The notes under the pieces were generated by a model. It was not told where the DNA came from, searched no databases, and saw nothing but the letters and a program-made list of their open reading frames with translations. The translations under genes were made by a program, and so were the position numbers. Shown here piece after piece: positions 8,025 through 16,869 of a stretch of 64,000 nt of DNA; within the stretch, counting starts at the first letter, position 1; every line of letters starts with the position of its first letter. The stretch is from Patescibacteria group bacterium (GTDB lineage Bacteria > Patescibacteriota > Patescibacteriia > UBA9570): the NCBI GenBank assembly GCA_041660305.1, contig JBAZWO010000002.1:132739-196738 (forward strand), in the 5' to 3' direction.

Positions 8025-10208
8025 TTAAACAATCGGTGCATCAAAGGTTTCTTCTTTATTGCCTACGGCGTTAGTGTTTTCTTCATCGCTATATATTTTG
8101 GCCATTAATTTATCAATTTCAGTAAGTGTGGTGCCATAGGTTTTGCGATTATAAGCAATAATTGCTTCCGCAAAGTTAGGTTGCGGTGGTGGTGGTACAG
8201 CTAAAGTAGTAGCCGAAAATGGCTGAGTAGTTTGTCCGGCTACGCTCATTTTAATTAACATTTCGCGCACGCCAAGATTAATAAAATCCTCAGTACTAAA
8301 TATTGGCGTAAATTCGTTAGCTAAATATGTGCCATCATCGGCACCAACGCGCATAGCAACAATGGAGCCGATATTACCAAATACTGTGCCTTTAATGCGA
8401 TCGGGCACTTGTGAGAGATATTGATGAGAAATAGTTAGTAATAAACGGTATTTTCTAGACTCTGATAAAATATTTTCAAAGGTTTCAGTAGCAAAATTTT
8501 GAAACTCATCAATGTAGAGATAAAAATCTTTGCGTTGTTCTTCAGGTAGTTTGGCTCTAGCCATAGCAGTTTGATAAACTTTGGTAATCATCATAGCGCC
8601 TAATAAAGCGGCATTTTCTTCGCCTAATTTACCCTTAGATAGTTCAATCAATAGCACTTTATGTTGATTCATGGCATCATCAAACGAAAACTTGTTATGT
8701 GGTTGAGCCACGATATTACGCACTAAATGATTGGACAAAAACTGTCCTAATTTATTTACTAATGGCAAAATAGCTTCATTATCAAATTTTTCTGACCAAC
8801 TAGAAAATTCATTAGCCCAGAAGTGTTTCACTACAGCATCTTTAATTTCTGGAATTACTTTCTGACGAAATTTTCGATTAGTTAACATTTTCATCATGCC
8901 TACTAAGGTAGCTTCTGGGTAATCGAGCATAGCTAAAGTGGTATAACGGAAAACATGTTCAATTTTTGGTGACCAATCACCGCCGAAAAATTTTTCAAAT
9001 ACCTCAATCATTCCTTGAGTAACTTGTTGTTTCATGTCTAAAGACACATTTTCTAAGGGATTAAAGGCAATCGGGAAATCAAAATCAGATACGTTCATGT
9101 AAATAATATCTTTCATTTTATGTTCTGGAATATATTTTAAAATATCCTGAATTAAATCACCGTGTGGATCCATTACACAGATACCTTTATCGCTGAGAAT
9201 GTCATTAATAATAAAAGTTTCTAATAATTTTGATTTGCCTGAGCCAGACTTACCAACAACATATAAATGTCGGCGGCGATCTTCACGTAACATGCCAAAT
9301 TTAGTGCAATTACCACGGAAATTAGTTAAACCAAAAAACGTAGCTTGTTTATTAGTGGTATTAGCTTCAGTGGGTAAACTAAACGGTGGTTGAGCACGTT
9401 TTGATAATACCCAATTAATTGCTGGCATTTTTAAAGCTGGATCGGGCACATGGAACAACGTAGCCACCTCTTCTTGAGTTAATGTTAAGCGACTAGAAAA
9501 ATCACGAGCCAACAATTCTTTTAATAAAGCCTGAACATTTGGTGCGGTGGTAAATACAATCCGATTTTTTTCGGCAGAAAATTCATAAAAAGTGCGCTGC
9601 AATTCTTGCACGGTATTTTCAGCTTGGCTCGCATCAGTATTAGGAAACAGATAAACTAAACGCATGACAGCATTAAATTTTGGTATTTCAATAGATTCTC
9701 CGCTGCGTTTGGTTTCCCCGTAAAATAAGCCGCTAGAGCCAGCCTCAGCTTCTTCATTAATAGGTTTGATGACTAATTGGAAAAGGATACTGTGATAAGG
9801 AGAAATTGACGAAGCTAGGTTAATGAATGAACTAAGTGGATCATGTGGTATAGATGTACGATAAGTGCGCAGTGAATATTGTTCTTGATGAGCTAATTGT
9901 AAATAATAGCCAATGGCATTATCTGGCAGATGAGTAATATCTAGAAAACTAGCTACTTCAGTAATCTCAATATCAGGAAATACAGAAAACATCATATTAC
10001 GCACAGTATTAGTAACGCGAGAATTTACTGTAATATAAAAATTCAATTTATTATTTATACTGACAATTTCGCAAGCTAAAGTAGCGGCATTATTTTCTTC
10101 TGGCTTTAATAAATAGAAGAAATTATGAAATAACTGTTCAAATTTCTGAATATGCTCAGGGATAGGAGTTAGTGGAAAACGTAATAATAATGTGGTTTTA
10201 TTAGGCAT
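8025..10208 (-). CDS. FtsK/HerA-superfamily P-loop ATPase, TraD/VirD4 (type IV coupling protein)-like, without TM anchor
   Basis: Walker A VVGKSGSGKSK, Walker B-like FYLYIDEFQNF, LLLTISHQYLSQV..VFGNIGSIVAMRVG. No N-terminal hydrophobic helices. ATG 10208 preferred over the TTG at 10226. Confidence 0.65.
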   Translation of the reverse strand: MPNKTTLLLRFPLTPIPEHIQKFEQLFHNFFYLLKPEENNAATLACEIVSINNKLNFYITVNSRVTNTVRNMMFSVFPDIEITEVASFLDITHLPDNAIGYYLQLAHQEQYSLRTYRTSIPHDPLSSFINLASSISPYHSILFQLVIKPINEEAEAGSSGLFYGETKRSGESIEIPKFNAVMRLVYLFPNTDASQAENTVQELQRTFYEFSAEKNRIVFTTAPNVQALLKELLARDFSSRLTLTQEEVATLFHVPDPALKMPAINWVLSKRAQPPFSLPTEANTTNKQATFFGLTNFRGNCTKFGMLREDRRRHLYVVGKSGSGKSKLLETFIINDILSDKGICVMDPHGDLIQDILKYIPEHKMKDIIYMNVSDFDFPIAFNPLENVSLDMKQQVTQGMIEVFEKFFGGDWSPKIEHVFRYTTLAMLDYPEATLVGMMKMLTNRKFRQKVIPEIKDAVVKHFWANEFSSWSEKFDNEAILPLVNKLGQFLSNHLVRNIVAQPHNKFSFDDAMNQHKVLLIELSKGKLGEENAALLGAMMITKVYQTAMARAKLPEEQRKDFYLYIDEFQNFATETFENILSESRKYRLLLTISHQYLSQVPDRIKGTVFGNIGSIVAMRVGADDGTYLANEFTPIFSTEDFINLGVREMLIKMSVAGQTTQPFSATTLAVPPPPQPNFAEAIIAYNRKTYGTTLTEIDKLMAKIYSDEENTNAVGNKEETFDAPIV

Positions 10209-10269
10209 AAAAATTAATTCTAACAAAAAAATTGATTTTTGTAAAGAGTCAAGCTATACTAACAATATT

Positions 10270-10839
10270 ATGATTGAACACTTATTTGGTTCACGGACAC
10301 GGTTAAAATTATTACAGTTATTATTTACACATCCTACGGCTTGGTTTTATGTTCGTGAATTAAGTAGAACCGTGCATGAACATATTAACTCTATTCGTCG
10401 CGAATTGGCTAATTTGGAAGCAATTGGGTTATTAGAAAAAAAAGTAGAACAGCGTAAAACTTTTTATCAGGTAAAAAGCGATTTTTTGTTGTATACTGAA
10501 TTAAAAGCTTTAGTGTTAAAATCTCAACTGATTCATGAAAAGAAATTTTTAAGACGCTTAGAGCAAGCTGGCAAAATAGAATTATTGTTGTTGCTTGGTC
10601 ATTTTATAGGTGATACACAATCAGCTATTGATTTGTTTATTGTTGGTAATTTATCAAATAAGCATATTCAAGTGTTATTGGAAGAGTTTAATCAAAGATT
10701 TGGTCAAAATTTACGATACACAGTAATGACTTTAACAGAATATCAGTATCGGCGTGATGTAACTGATAAATTTCTTTTTAATCTTTTGCAAGCACCACAA
10801 ATTGTTTTGGTAGATAATCTGGCATTGAAAAAAAACTAA
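10270..10839 (+). CDS. winged-helix (ArsR-like) transcriptional regulator with C-terminal nucleotidyltransferase-like domain
   Basis: LFGSRTRLKLLQLLF..YVRELSR..INSIRRELANLEAIGLL is a typical wHTH. The C-terminal part (IDLFIVGNLS..) resembles minimal NTase-type domains. ATG 10270 preferred over the 10192 ORF start. Confidence 0.55.
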   Translation: MIEHLFGSRTRLKLLQLLFTHPTAWFYVRELSRTVHEHINSIRRELANLEAIGLLEKKVEQRKTFYQVKSDFLLYTELKALVLKSQLIHEKKFLRRLEQAGKIELLLLLGHFIGDTQSAIDLFIVGNLSNKHIQVLLEEFNQRFGQNLRYTVMTLTEYQYRRDVTDKFLFNLLQAPQIVLVDNLALKKN

Positions 10840-10987
10840 TTTATTTGTATAATAATATAAATAATAATAACCAGTATGATTATGAAAGATAAGATTATTA
10901 AGCATTTACATATTGTTAAGTGGGTACACCGTGTTTTGGTTGGTTTAGTGATAGTATTAGCTTTCTTGTTAGTGATTGTTTATTATA

Positions 10988-11983
10988 ATGCCCAGATTCA
11001 ATAGAGGTATTATTATACTGACATTAATGCTTATTGGTACGGGTTGTGCCGGTAGTTTAACATTGCCAAATGTGCCAACAGAAAAGCTAACATTACCAGA
11101 AGCACCAGTAGTGTATGCTACAACCAAACAATTGTTATTAAATGATAATCAAATAAACAATTCATTAACTGTTCCAGTGTTAGCTGCTTGGTTTGATACG
11201 GAGCATATTTTAATAGTAGAAAAAAATCAGGGAACTAGTTATCAGATTTGGAAACAAAACGTTATTAATGGTGAACGGACATTTATTACTAGTTGTGCTA
11301 TTCAGCTACAATTTTTGGCAGTAGCACCAAATCAGGAAGCATTGTTATTAATTGCGGAACAAGATTTATATGTACTACCTTTAGTTACAACGCAATTAAC
11401 ACGAATACACGAAGGAGTCCTTTCGGCGCAATGGTCCTTAGATAGTAAACGGATAGTGTTCAATACTACAGACAATCGTTTATTGTTGCAACAAATTGGT
11501 TTAGAATTTAAATTAGATACCCCATTAGTGTTGTTAACTGAAACGGTAGCTTCACCTATTTTTTTAGATGAGCGCACATTAGCTTATGAAGGCCAGTGGG
11601 AAAACATGGTTACTATTATTGCTAATGATTTAATTACTCAAGAAACTAAACCATTAACTAGTTTACGTTTTGTCCAAGCGGATGCTAATAGTGTTGTACG
11701 ATTATCACCGAATAGTGAATTATTATTGTATAGTCGACAAGATAACAATACAGGTGATAATAATATTTGGGTTATTCATCGTAACAAAGATGTGCCAAAA
11801 CTTATTTTAACTAAAGCTAATGCACCGATTTGGTCCAAGACCAATGATCGGATATATTATTTTTCAGCTGGTGCATTATGGCAAGCATCAGATAATGGTT
11901 TTGATAAAATTCAGTTAAATCAACAGGCGTTATTTGTAGCTGCTCCAACTAGTTTAATAAGTAATTTAGCTCCTAGTTTATGA
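10988..11983 (+). CDS. putative lipoprotein, TolB/PD40-like beta-propeller
   Basis: Signal sequence ending LIGTGC (imperfect lipobox). Repetitive beta-strand-rich sequence. ATG 10988 preferred over TTG 10976. Confidence 0.4.
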   Translation: MPRFNRGIIILTLMLIGTGCAGSLTLPNVPTEKLTLPEAPVVYATTKQLLLNDNQINNSLTVPVLAAWFDTEHILIVEKNQGTSYQIWKQNVINGERTFITSCAIQLQFLAVAPNQEALLLIAEQDLYVLPLVTTQLTRIHEGVLSAQWSLDSKRIVFNTTDNRLLLQQIGLEFKLDTPLVLLTETVASPIFLDERTLAYEGQWENMVTIIANDLITQETKPLTSLRFVQADANSVVRLSPNSELLLYSRQDNNTGDNNIWVIHRNKDVPKLILTKANAPIWSKTNDRIYYFSAGALWQASDNGFDKIQLNQQALFVAAPTSLISNLAPSL

Positions 11984-12744
11984 TGATATTCAAGCGCTTA
12001 GCTCCGTATTGGAGCAGTGCTGTAGTAGTGGTATTATTATTATTAGGGCAGCAACAACCATTTGCTTGGTTGTATTATAGTGGCGGCTTAATATTAATTG
12101 TATTTGGTACGGTGGCATTAATGCACCAAAAACATTGGCGTTTAGAATATTTAGGATTGTCGATGGTTTTATTAGTTTTGATATTAGCTGGCTATGCTTT
12201 TATATTGATTTTGGAAAATAACTTAATAATTATTAGTATTATTATTTTAACAACGATAATTTATTTTTTATTTGTAAAGAATCTAGTATTATTTCTATTT
12301 GTACCAAAAAAATATATTCCTTATTCATTAGAACATATCTCTACCTATAGTAATTTAGTAGCCTCGTTTTATTTATATGTTAGTGTATTTATTTTTTTTG
12401 TTTTGGGTATTATGCGGTTAAGATATATTTTGTGTATGGCTGTGATAGCTACTTTGATTTTAGTTTGGCAAACATTTTGGATTCAAAAAATTGCACTAAT
12501 TCCTGCAAAATGGTATATAATTTGTATTAGTTTAATTATGACGGAATTAGTGTGGGGATTGCACTACTGGCCGGTGAGTTTTTATGTTTCTGGATTTATT
12601 TTAACAATTGCACTATATATATTATTACATCTAACCAAAAATTGGTTAATGAAAACATTAACTCGGCGAATATTAGCTACTTATTTGCTGACTAGCAGCA
12701 TAGTAGTGGCTTTTTTATTAATAACTACACAATGGTTAATATGA
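11980..12744 (+). CDS. polytopic membrane protein, unknown function
   Basis: 254 aa, about 7-8 hydrophobic segments. ATGA overlap with the upstream gene. Confidence 0.5.
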   Translation: MMIFKRLAPYWSSAVVVVLLLLGQQQPFAWLYYSGGLILIVFGTVALMHQKHWRLEYLGLSMVLLVLILAGYAFILILENNLIIISIIILTTIIYFLFVKNLVLFLFVPKKYIPYSLEHISTYSNLVASFYLYVSVFIFFVLGIMRLRYILCMAVIATLILVWQTFWIQKIALIPAKWYIICISLIMTELVWGLHYWPVSFYVSGFILTIALYILLHLTKNWLMKTLTRRILATYLLTSSIVVAFLLITTQWLI

Positions 12745-13826
12745 AACCAGGCACTATCCCAACATCTTTTTTACAACGCAGTAAAATTAAGGCCAATGCT
12801 TTAAATAATAATTCCGGCCATTTTTTTGTTGTACTAACAGCTATTATTTGTGCGATCATTGCGGCAATATGTAGTAGTATTTTTATTCAGTTTTATCCCA
12901 TTACTTGGTTAATTAATTTTTCTAATGATGCGAAAGTAATATACGTAAATAAAGATCAAGAAAGTTCATCTACTCAGTTAGCCGATTTGATAAAAACAAA
13001 AGCCGGCAGCCTGGTAGTTACGTTATATTCCGCTAACATTGATGATTATAATACAGCTGTGCCACTAGGCCAAGGGGTGTTAATTAGTACTGATGGCTGG
13101 TTAGTAACGTTACAAAAAAATCTGACAGTACAAAATAGCGTGACAGTTTTATTAAGTGATGGTAGGTTATTTGTTTCCAATAAAATTGTGCGGGATGATT
13201 ATAATAATGCGGCTTATGTAAAAATTACGGCCAATGATTTGCCGGCGGTAAATTTTACAGCTAATGCACCGGCGTTAGGCGAATTAGCCATGTGGTATAT
13301 TCCGGCCAGTACCAATGGTGAAACGATACTCTTTGGTCATTTGAATAATTTACAATACAGTGAGAATAATATTTTTTCATCACGACATAATAATTTATTA
13401 TATTTAACCGATATACCAGAAACTAAATTAATGTACCCCGGAGCTCCAGTATTTAATCAAGTCGGTGATTTAATTGGTTTAACGTTCGAACTGAATACTA
13501 TTTTGCCGGTTAATAGTATTTCCAGCAAAGTGTATGATTTATTTGCTAGTAATGAATTAAAACGTACTAATATTAATTTTGAATATACCCTATTAGCGCG
13601 CAGTATTAATTCTGATACCAACCAACAAACGGGTGCTCGTGTTACGGCTATTCATAGTGGGGTTGAGTTATTACAAGTAGACGATGTGATTACTTCGATT
13701 AATAATATCAGTATCGACGCGCAACATGATTTAGCTGAAGTGTTAGCCGGTATTACTGAAGCAACAGCTACAGTAAATTTGCAACGGTCTGGAAAAAATG
13801 TTACGGTGGCTTTGCCGATTGATTAA
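12732..13826 (+). CDS. membrane-anchored HtrA/DegP-like trypsin-fold + PDZ protein, catalytic triad apparently replaced
   Basis: Collinear by eye with DegP: GQGVLISTDGWLVT.., VLLSDGRLF, GDLIGLT, and a C-terminal PDZ-like GARVTAI..VDDVITSINN. The expected His, Asp and Ser positions read K/N, N and P/A. Confidence 0.55.
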   Translation: MVNMKPGTIPTSFLQRSKIKANALNNNSGHFFVVLTAIICAIIAAICSSIFIQFYPITWLINFSNDAKVIYVNKDQESSSTQLADLIKTKAGSLVVTLYSANIDDYNTAVPLGQGVLISTDGWLVTLQKNLTVQNSVTVLLSDGRLFVSNKIVRDDYNNAAYVKITANDLPAVNFTANAPALGELAMWYIPASTNGETILFGHLNNLQYSENNIFSSRHNNLLYLTDIPETKLMYPGAPVFNQVGDLIGLTFELNTILPVNSISSKVYDLFASNELKRTNINFEYTLLARSINSDTNQQTGARVTAIHSGVELLQVDDVITSINNISIDAQHDLAEVLAGITEATATVNLQRSGKNVTVALPID

Positions 13827-13830
13827 TATA

Positions 13831-13901
13831 CGGGCTGTAGTATACCGGTAGTACGCGTCCATGGGGTGGATGTAGACTGGGTTCAATTCCCAGCAGCCCG
13901 A
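13831..13901 (+). tRNA. tRNA-Pro (anticodon GGG)
   Basis: Manual cloverleaf. Acceptor CGGGCTG/CAGCCCG, D stem GTAT/GTAC, anticodon stem CGTCC/GGATG with loop AT-GGG-GT, T arm CTGGG-TTCAATT-CCCAG. CCA is not encoded. Confidence 0.8.
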
Positions 13902-13908
13902 CTATAAT

Positions 13909-14715
13909 TTAAAATATTTTCTTATAAAGCACGGTTATTCCAAACCACGCCGCATTAATCAACACAATCGTGGCGCCGGTGGGCAAATCTAGTAAGAACG
14001 AAGCGGTAATGCCGGTTAATACAGAGAGCATAGAAAATAACACGGCATATAACAAGGCCGCTTTGAAAGTTTTAGCTAATTGTAAGGCGGTTACGGCTGG
14101 TAAAATTAATAAAGCGGATACCAGCATAACGCCTACCATTTTCACGGACAAGATTACGGTAAGGGCAGTTAATAAGGTTAGCACGGTATTGATAAAATTG
14201 GTTTTAATACCGGTGGTTTTAGCGTAATCGGCATCGAAAGTGGCGGAAAACAGATCCCAGTAAAACCAAGTGAGCACAGCTAATACAATAATAGACAACA
14301 CAATAGATAACACAACCTCACTAGTGCTAATAGAAAGAATGTTACCAAATAAATAGCTGAATAAATCGATATTAAAACCTTGGGCGCGGCTGGCTAAAAT
14401 TACACCGCTAGCAATACCAACGGCAGAAACAATGCCAATAGCAGCATCGCCATATAATTTGGCGCGGGTGGTAATTTTTAAGATTAATAGCGAACTTAAC
14501 ATTACAATTGGCACCGCAATATAAAATGGGTAAAATCCTAGCCACAGTCCTAGCGCAATCGCGCCAAAGCTAACGTGCGCCAGCCCATCGCCAATCAGCG
14601 ACATTTTTCTTAACACCAAAAACATGCCTAAGGCGGCACAAGTAATGGCCACAAACGAACCGGCTAAAAATGCTTTTTGAATGAAACCGTACTGTAATAA
14701 ATGTAGTAGCGTCAT
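13909..14715 (-). CDS. znuB: metal (Zn/Mn) ABC transporter permease
   Basis: 268-aa polytopic ABC-3-type permease. In an operon with the ATPase, the substrate-binding protein and a Fur-family regulator. Confidence 0.8.
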   Translation of the reverse strand: MTLLHLLQYGFIQKAFLAGSFVAITCAALGMFLVLRKMSLIGDGLAHVSFGAIALGLWLGFYPFYIAVPIVMLSSLLILKITTRAKLYGDAAIGIVSAVGIASGVILASRAQGFNIDLFSYLFGNILSISTSEVVLSIVLSIIVLAVLTWFYWDLFSATFDADYAKTTGIKTNFINTVLTLLTALTVILSVKMVGVMLVSALLILPAVTALQLAKTFKAALLYAVLFSMLSVLTGITASFLLDLPTGATIVLINAAWFGITVLYKKIF

Positions 14716-14718
14716 AAA

Positions 14719-15477
14719 TTATTCGTGTTGATGCCAAATAATATGTTGATCGGTTTTTTCAAAGTGAGCCGAGGTTTTATTGAAAGCGCAGAAATCGGCC
14801 ATACTGCCGTAATGAATTAAGGTTCTGTCTAAATATAATAACTTGTTGGCGTAATTGCCAATGTAGCCGGTATCGTGAGTAATCATAATGATAGTGATGC
14901 CTTGTTGTTGGCTTAAGGTTTTTAGTAGTTTAAAAAATTTGGTGCGAGAAGCTGGATCGAGCGCCGTGGACGGCTCATCGAATATTAATAATTTTGGATT
15001 GGCTACTAAAGCTCTGGCCAACATTACCCGTTGTTGTTGACCACCGGATAATTGGGTAATTTGTTTATCTTTTAAATCAGCAATGTCTAATTGATCTAAG
15101 GTGTTAGCTACTTTAACTCTATCGGTTTTAGAAAAAAATCGGGGAGCTGATTTAGTGGTCAGTAAACCCAGAAATACTATTTCGGCTACAGTGGCGGGGA
15201 ATAATGGATTTAAACTAAACAGGGTTTGCGGTAAGTAACCAATGTTGTGCCAAGCGGTAAATGTAGCCTGTGGTTCACCAAATAATATAATACTGCCACT
15301 ACTAATAGGTATTAAACCAAGTAAGGTTTTAATTAAGGTGGTTTTTCCGGCGCCATTAGGTCCGGCTACGCCAATAAAATCACCCGGTTCTACTACAAAA
15401 CTAATATTACTTAACGCTTCAATGTTTTCGTAGCGGACGGTTAATTGGTTAACAGATAAAACAGGTGTAGTAGACAT
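14719..15477 (-). CDS. znuC: metal ABC transporter ATP-binding protein
   Basis: Walker A GPNGAGKTT, signature LSGGQQQR, Walker B LLIFDEP. Confidence 0.85.
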   Translation of the reverse strand: MSTTPVLSVNQLTVRYENIEALSNISFVVEPGDFIGVAGPNGAGKTTLIKTLLGLIPISSGSIILFGEPQATFTAWHNIGYLPQTLFSLNPLFPATVAEIVFLGLLTTKSAPRFFSKTDRVKVANTLDQLDIADLKDKQITQLSGGQQQRVMLARALVANPKLLIFDEPSTALDPASRTKFFKLLKTLSQQQGITIIMITHDTGYIGNYANKLLYLDRTLIHYGSMADFCAFNKTSAHFEKTDQHIIWHQHE

Positions 15478-15484
15478 ATACTAC

Positions 15485-16426
15485 TTATAGTTTACACTGT
15501 AAACCCGTACTTAAGCTAGCTAAATTATCGTTCATAATATTAATAAACGTAACGTTAGATTGCATATCTGCTTGGCTAACATTATGCGCGGCATTAAGTA
15601 AGAGTAATTTAGCGGCAGTTTCGTTAGCTAACGTTTCGGCTATTTTTGGGCTAGCTAATTCTTCATAAAACACATAAGCAATTTGATTTTGTTTAATTTG
15701 ATCAACTAAATTTATTAAATCGGTCGCCGTTGGTTCAGCATCTGGTGCCAAACCTTGAGCGGCCGTGTAATTTAATTGATATTTTTTGGCCAAATAACCA
15801 AATGCGTAATGGCCGCCGTAAATAATTTCATTACTCTTACAAGTAGCTAATGTTTTGGCGTAATGATTATCTAATTCAGTAAGCTGATTATTATAATTTT
15901 TAGCGTTGGTTTGATAAAAAGTAGAGTTAGCCGGATCTTGAGCGATTAACGCTTGAGTAATATTATTTACTATTATTTTAGCATTAGCAAAATCTAGCCA
16001 AATATGTGGATCAACTCCAGGCTCATGATCTGCTTCTTTCATCATTTCAATACCAACACTAGCATCAACTATTTTTAAATTTTTGTCAGATCCGGCAATG
16101 ATATCAGCTGCCCAGGGTTCCATAAATGAACCGGTGTACACAAATACATCAGCCTCGTTTATTTTTACCACATCACTTGGTTTTGGCTCAAAACTATGCG
16201 GTTCTACACCAGGCGGTAATAATAACACAACGTTCACGTTAGCTTGCCCAACTTGTTTAGCAAAATCGTAAAGGGGATAGAGCGTGGTAACTATGGTAAG
16301 TGGTTTTTCGGTAGGAGCGGTTTTTTGTTTTGTGCTCAATAACGCAAATAATACAACACTAACCAGGCTAATAACCACTATAAAAAATAATATTTTTTTA
16401 ATTTTGGCATTTTTGGCAATACCCAT
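15485..16426 (-). CDS. znuA: metal ABC transporter substrate-binding protein (ZnuA/TroA family)
   Basis: Signal anchor followed by a cluster-9-type SBP sequence (DPHIWLD, GHYAFGYL, EPT..DL). Metal specificity is inferred from the Zur/ZupT context. Confidence 0.75.
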   Translation of the reverse strand: MGIAKNAKIKKILFFIVVISLVSVVLFALLSTKQKTAPTEKPLTIVTTLYPLYDFAKQVGQANVNVVLLLPPGVEPHSFEPKPSDVVKINEADVFVYTGSFMEPWAADIIAGSDKNLKIVDASVGIEMMKEADHEPGVDPHIWLDFANAKIIVNNITQALIAQDPANSTFYQTNAKNYNNQLTELDNHYAKTLATCKSNEIIYGGHYAFGYLAKKYQLNYTAAQGLAPDAEPTATDLINLVDQIKQNQIAYVFYEELASPKIAETLANETAAKLLLLNAAHNVSQADMQSNVTFINIMNDNLASLSTGLQCKL

Positions 16427-16808
16427 AAAATTCTAATAGATGATTAATAATATTAAATTGGTGTTGTTTGGTAATATATTGTTCTTGCTTGGTTAAATGA
16501 TTATCCATATCTACTCGTTCAATGTTGTTACAGCCTAAACAGACTAAATGATGATGGTGTTGGTGTGCTAATTCGAAATAATCAGTGCCATTAATAGTGC
16601 TTTGGTTAATAATATGGTGTTTTACTAAAAACACGAGTTCGCGATATAACGTGGAGCGATTTGGAGTAACGTGTTTACGTTGTAATTGTTTAATAATAGT
16701 AGCTTTGCTTAATAAGCAGTGTTGGCTTGCTAACACCTCCAATAAGGCCTGCTTGGTTTTTGTTAACCGGCCGCCGGATTTTTTTATGGTTGAGTGTAGT
16801 GTGTGCAT
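16398..16808 (-). CDS. zur: Fur-family metalloregulator (Zur-like)
   Basis: 136 aa. N-terminal wHTH, His-rich HQHHHHLVCLGC plus C-terminal CQKC structural-Zn motifs. Confidence 0.75.
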   Translation of the reverse strand: MHTLHSTIKKSGGRLTKTKQALLEVLASQHCLLSKATIIKQLQRKHVTPNRSTLYRELVFLVKHHIINQSTINGTDYFELAHQHHHHLVCLGCNNIERVDMDNHLTKQEQYITKQHQFNIINHLLEFYGYCQKCQN

Positions 16809-16810
16809 AA

Positions 16811-16845
16811 AATATACTAATGCAACATTGTTGCATTAGTATATT
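16811..16845. promoter_or_regulatory. perfect 17-1-17 palindrome, candidate Zur operator
   Basis: AATATACTAATGCAACA-T-TGTTGCATTAGTATATT. It lies between the zupT stop and the zur ATG (16808) and overlaps the predicted -10. Confidence 0.5.
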
Positions 16846-16869
16846 AATCGATTAAACTAATAGCGTCAA
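16841..16869 (-). promoter_or_regulatory. sigma70-like promoter for zur-znuACB (TTGACG-17-TAATAT on the minus strand)
   Basis: On the minus strand: TTGACG (+16864-16869), 17-nt spacer, TAATAT (+16841-16846). Embedded in the zupT 3' end. Confidence 0.5.

Noticed and set aside
10876-11004. 42-codon ORF (MIMKDKIIKHLHIVKWVHRVLVGLVIVLAFLLVIVYYNAQIQ) in the gap before the lipoprotein gene.
   Set aside because: It is plausible as a small membrane protein. However, it overlaps the preferred start of the downstream lipoprotein gene in another frame and has no supporting signal, so it is not reported as a feature.
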